Below, one piece after another: positions 59,746 to 64,000 of a stretch of DNA of 64,000 nucleotides. Source of the stretch: Desulfatiglandales bacterium (GTDB lineage Bacteria; Desulfobacterota; DSM-4660; Desulfatiglandales; Desulfatiglandaceae); NCBI GenBank assembly GCA_963662465.1, contig OY759599.1, positions 5,504,001-5,568,000 on the forward strand, in the 5' to 3' direction. The position numbers and the translations under genes are program-made. A model generated the notes under the pieces. The model saw only the letters and a program-made list of their open reading frames with translations, did no database searches and had not been told where the DNA came from. Each line of letters opens with the position of its first letter. The stretch's first letter is position 1.

Positions 59746-62700
59746 ATGGCATTTGATATCACCGGCATCACCAACGAAAATGAATTCTACACCCATCATT
59801 ATCTTTCCGCCATTCTTGAAAATGATCTGAGAGACCTGTTCAAGGAATGGAACCGGAAAGCAGATGAAGAAGATATCCCGCAGCCATACAAGAACATACG
59901 CAGCTTGCGAAAAGAATATTTTGCTCTGCAGGATGCTCTGCAAAGGGAACGTAACATTGAAGACAGATTGGCATTACAGAGGGATTTCCAGGCGCAGCTA
60001 CTTTCGGCCCTTGGTTATGAACCATATTTCACGCTCGTCCTGTTGGATGACGGCGTCAGCATACCGTTGATTGGGGGCATCAATAAACCTGACGGTTCTC
60101 CCGAGTTGTGGATTCTTGAAGCTGCCGACGTGTTTGGGGAAGAACACGACCCTCTGGAAATGCAGCTATTAAAAGAGCAATATCCTGAGGACAGTGAAAT
60201 TCAGAAAATCCTGGATATTCCCCTGGAAGAGATCATCACCCGTCGGATATTTGGGCATTCCGAACCGCCTCGCTGGATAATCCTGCTCAACAGTACCCAG
60301 TTGTTGCTTCTGGACCGCACCAAGTGGCATGAAAAGAGGCTTTTGCGCTTTAATATCCGTGAAATTTTAGACCGGCGCGAGACCACCACCCTTCAGGCCA
60401 TGGCCGCCTTACTGCACCGGGATTCAATCTGTCCCAAAGACGGCATGCCCCTTCTGGACACCCTGGATGAGAACTCCCACAAACATGCTTTCGCGGTTTC
60501 CGAGGATCTGAAATATTCACTCAGAAAGGCCATAGAGCTTCTGGGGAATGAGGCGGTCTGGTTTCTCCGTGAAAAAGCCCACGAAAAAATCTATGGCCGG
60601 GACATGGCCGGGCAGCTCACCCGGGAATGCCTTCGTTATATGTACCGAATGCTCTTCCTTTTCTATATCGAAGCAAGGCCTGAGCTTGAATATCTCCCGG
60701 ACAAAAAATCAAAAGAGTACCACAAAGGATACAGCCTTGAGTCATTGCGTGAACTGGAGATGGTCCAACTTACCACGGATGAGTCAAAAAATGGCTTCTA
60801 TTTCCATGAGTCCATTAGTCTTCTGTTTGACCTTCTCTATAACGGTTTTCAGCCGGAGCAGGCGGATATGTTCGGCGTTCCGGATCATCATACTTTCCGC
60901 ATCGCACCGCTCAGGAGCCACCTGTTTGATCCCAAACAGACGCCACTGCTGAACAGAGTTAAACTCCGTAATTTTGTGATGCAGGAAATTATCGAGTTGA
61001 TGTCCCTTTCGAGACCCAAAAAAGGGAAGAAAAACCGGCGTGGACGCATCTCCTATGCCCAATTAGGGATCAACCAGTTGGGTGCAGTGTATGAAGCACT
61101 TCTTTCCTACCAGGGTTTTTTTGCTGAAACAGACCTTTACGAAGTCAAGAAGGCCGGGGAAAAGCACAATGTGCTCGAAACCGCCTACTTTGTGAAACCC
61201 GAGGATATCGAACAGTATACGGAGGATGAGCGGGTTTTTAATGATGATGGCACATTGGTGAAATACGAGAAAGGCACATTCATCTATCGCCTGGCCGGCC
61301 GGGACCGTGAAAAGTCGGCATCCTATTACACTCCCGAAGTGCTGACCCAGTGTCTTGTAAAATATGCGCTGAAAGAACTCCTCAAGGACAAAACCGCCGA
61401 TGAAATCCTTGAGTTGACGGTCTGTGAGCCCGCCATGGGGAGCGCCGCGTTTTTGAATGAAGCCGTCAATCAGCTGGCCAAGGCTTACCTGGATCGAAAG
61501 CAGAAAGAACTGGATCAGACCATCTCCCATGATGCTTACCCAAAAGAATTGCAGAAGGTGAAGATGTATATTGCCGACCGCAATGTTCACGGGGTGGATT
61601 TGAACCCGGTGGCCGTCGAACTGGCGGAAGTCTCTTTGTGGCTCAATACCATTTATGAAGGGGGATTTGTGCCTTGGTTCGGCATGCAGTTGGTCTGTGG
61701 TAATTCGCTGATTGGCGCCAGGCGGCAGGTGTTTCATGAAAACCTGCTCAAAAAGCAAAAAAAGACCGATCCCCTCTGGCTGGACGAGGTGCCGGAACGG
61801 GTGATGCCGGGTCAGAACCGGGAAAATGATACCGTGTACCACTTCCTGCTGCCGGATAAAGGTATGGCGGATTACAAGGATAAAGTCATCAAACAGATGG
61901 CAGTGGATGAAATCAAAACTATTAATGAATGGCGCAAGGAATTTACAAAGCCTTTTTCTAAAACTGAGATCTACCAGCTCAAAAAATTATCCGATGCTGT
62001 GGACAAACTTTGGCAGCGAAATGCAGAAATGCAACGGGATATTGATAACCGAACGACCGATCCGCTCCTTGTTTTCGGCCAGAAAGACCCTAAGCATAAA
62101 TGGCAGCCAACGACCACCGAATTCAAAGACCGAATTTTTCAGCAGGAAATGTTCTCCAAAAACGTGCGGAATTCGAGTCCATACAGACGGCTGAAACTGG
62201 TGATGGATTATTGGTGTGCTTTTTATTTTTGGCCAATTGAAAGGGCGGACTTACTGCCCAGCCGTGCTGAGTTTCTTTTTGATCTTACACTTGTTCTCGA
62301 TGGCAATCTTTTTGATGCGGATATTGATGAGAAGGGCCAGCAGCTTCTTTTCCCTGATACAAGGCCTTGAAAACAGATGTCTCTCAAAATGCTTGATGAG
62401 CTTGGATACGTGAATGTGGATAAGCTCTGCGAAAAAAACCAACGTTTAGGTTTGGTAAAGGAATTGGCCGAAAGATACCGGTATCTGCATTGGGAGCTTG
62501 ATTTCGCTGATTTATTTAGAAGAAAGGGCGGGTTTGATTTGGTATTGGGGAATCCTCCGTGGATTAAGGTGGCGTGGCGGGAAGGTGGAGTGTTGGCGGA
62601 TGCGGAACCGCAGTTCGTAATCAGAAAATACTCCGCCTCGAAGTTAAAGGAACTTCGGGAGGAGACCTTGGAGCGGATGAATTTAAGGAAACTTTATTTT

Positions 62701-64000
62701 AGCGAGTTTGAAGAGGCTGAAGGGACGCAGCATTTCTTGAATACCTACCAAAACTACCCTTTGCTCAAAGGAGTACAAACAAACCTTTACAAATGTTTTA
62801 TCACAAAGAACTGGGAAATATCATCATTTTCGGGGATAGTAGGAATATTTCATCAACCAGGATGTTTTGATGATCCAAAGGGTGGACATCTTCGCTCAGC
62901 ATTCGTCCAGCGATTGAACCTGCTTGCAAGGTTTAGAAATGAATTTCTCCTCTTCACAGCGATAAAACCAGAGCGTCTTTATTGTTTCACCATATCGTTT
63001 GGCCAAATTCAGGACAATGTTAATTTTAAAGTCATATCGAACCTATACCATCCAGTTACACTTGACAAGTCTTGGAGCCATGATGGTCAAGGTCCCATCC
63101 CTTTGGTAAAAACAGCAGAAGGGAAATGGATTCTTTCGGGACATAGGTCACGTATCATTGAAGTCGATGCAGGACTCCTTAGCTTGTTTTCAAAGCTTTA
63201 TGATTCAGCGAACTCATCATTTTTTGAGGCACGTCTTCCTGTGATACACTCTAGGGAGATATTATCTGTTCTAAAGAAATTTGCTGATGTGCCCCTACGT
63301 CTTCGTGATATACAAGGCAAGTATTTCTCTACAGTATGCTTTGATGAAACCTACGGTCAAAGAGATGGCACTATCAAGCGTGAAACTCGTTTTCCGAAAG
63401 ATCCTTCTGGATGGGTAGTTTCCGGTCCCCACTTCTATGTAGGAAACCCACTTTATAAAACGCCACGGGAAAAATGTCGTCTTAATACAGACTACGATGT
63501 GATCGATTTGACTCAAATTCCAGAAGAATACCTCCCTCGCACAAATTACATCCCAGGTTGTTCCCTTTCAGAATACGAACGTAGAATCCCCCGTTGGAAT
63601 GGTAAGTTAACTTCGGATGATTATCGGTTGGCATTCCGGGCTATGCTTGCTCCGACAGGCGAAAGAACTCTCATAAGTTGTTTAATACCTCCAAGAACGA
63701 CACATATTAACGGTGTTTATTCCTATCGGATGGAATCGAGGCTAGATTTGCTTACATTCGCAGCTCATGTATGTACTCTGCCATTCGATTTCTTCATCAA
63801 ATCTACTGGCAAGACGAATCTACACGAATTGCCCACATTGTTACCATTATTGCATACAGATTTTGATAAAATGCTATTTTCGCGTTTACTTCGCCTTAAC
63901 TGTCTCACTAAGCATTATGCAAGGTTATGGAACGAGCATTTTGACATTTCGTTTCAAGAAGACAGCTTCGCTAAAGAGGACCACCGGTTTCGTAGTTGGA
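59746..64000 (+). pseudogene. Large N6-adenine DNA methyltransferase (type IIG / DrmMI-like) with an in-frame TGA; runs off the window
   Basis: SASYYTP and CEPAMGSAAFL lie before TGA 62368-62370. The same frame continues stop-free to 64000 with HWELDF, GFDLVLGNPPW and NLYKCF. Confidence 0.85.

Noticed and set aside
62368..62420. Selenocysteine recoding of the MTase TGA
   Set aside because: No convincing SECIS hairpin follows, and the position is a linker rather than a redox Cys site.

Overview
Bacterial chromosome segment. Gene content and style suggest a Desulfobacterota-like (deltaproteobacterial) organism, but this is inference only. Core genes (lon, tRNA-Val/tRNA-Asp, recB-recD, PxxKW protein, aspS-hisS, ArsA-like ATPase, GNAT/CN-hydrolase, ftsY-smc, nitroreductase, patatin) frame two accessory regions. 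Region 1 (~2.1-25.3 kb, after tRNA-Asp) is a triplicated and reciprocally decayed unit. It retains exactly one intact copy each of a signal-peptide TPR-CHAT protease, a filamentous-haemagglutinin-like TpsA, its TpsB pore, a CHASE2 adenylate cyclase and a DUF928 protein, interleaved with toxin-antitoxin pairs and an ISAzo13-family IS. This is the best candidate for a poorly characterised envelope protease/cAMP signalling system. Region 2 (~47.2-64 kb) is a defence island. A WYL regulator and a conserved TGAC-N7-GTCA promoter box sit beside two ARPP-1(DUF6569)-like-headed operons. The older operon (SNF2/AbiE/DUF1156/DUF499-like) is compressed by deletions into ~3.2 kb of fragments. The younger one is an SNF2 helicase-GxxExxY-large adenine MTase operon, hit by an ISL3 insertion and an in-frame TGA. 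All family calls come from motif recognition by eye, not database searches.
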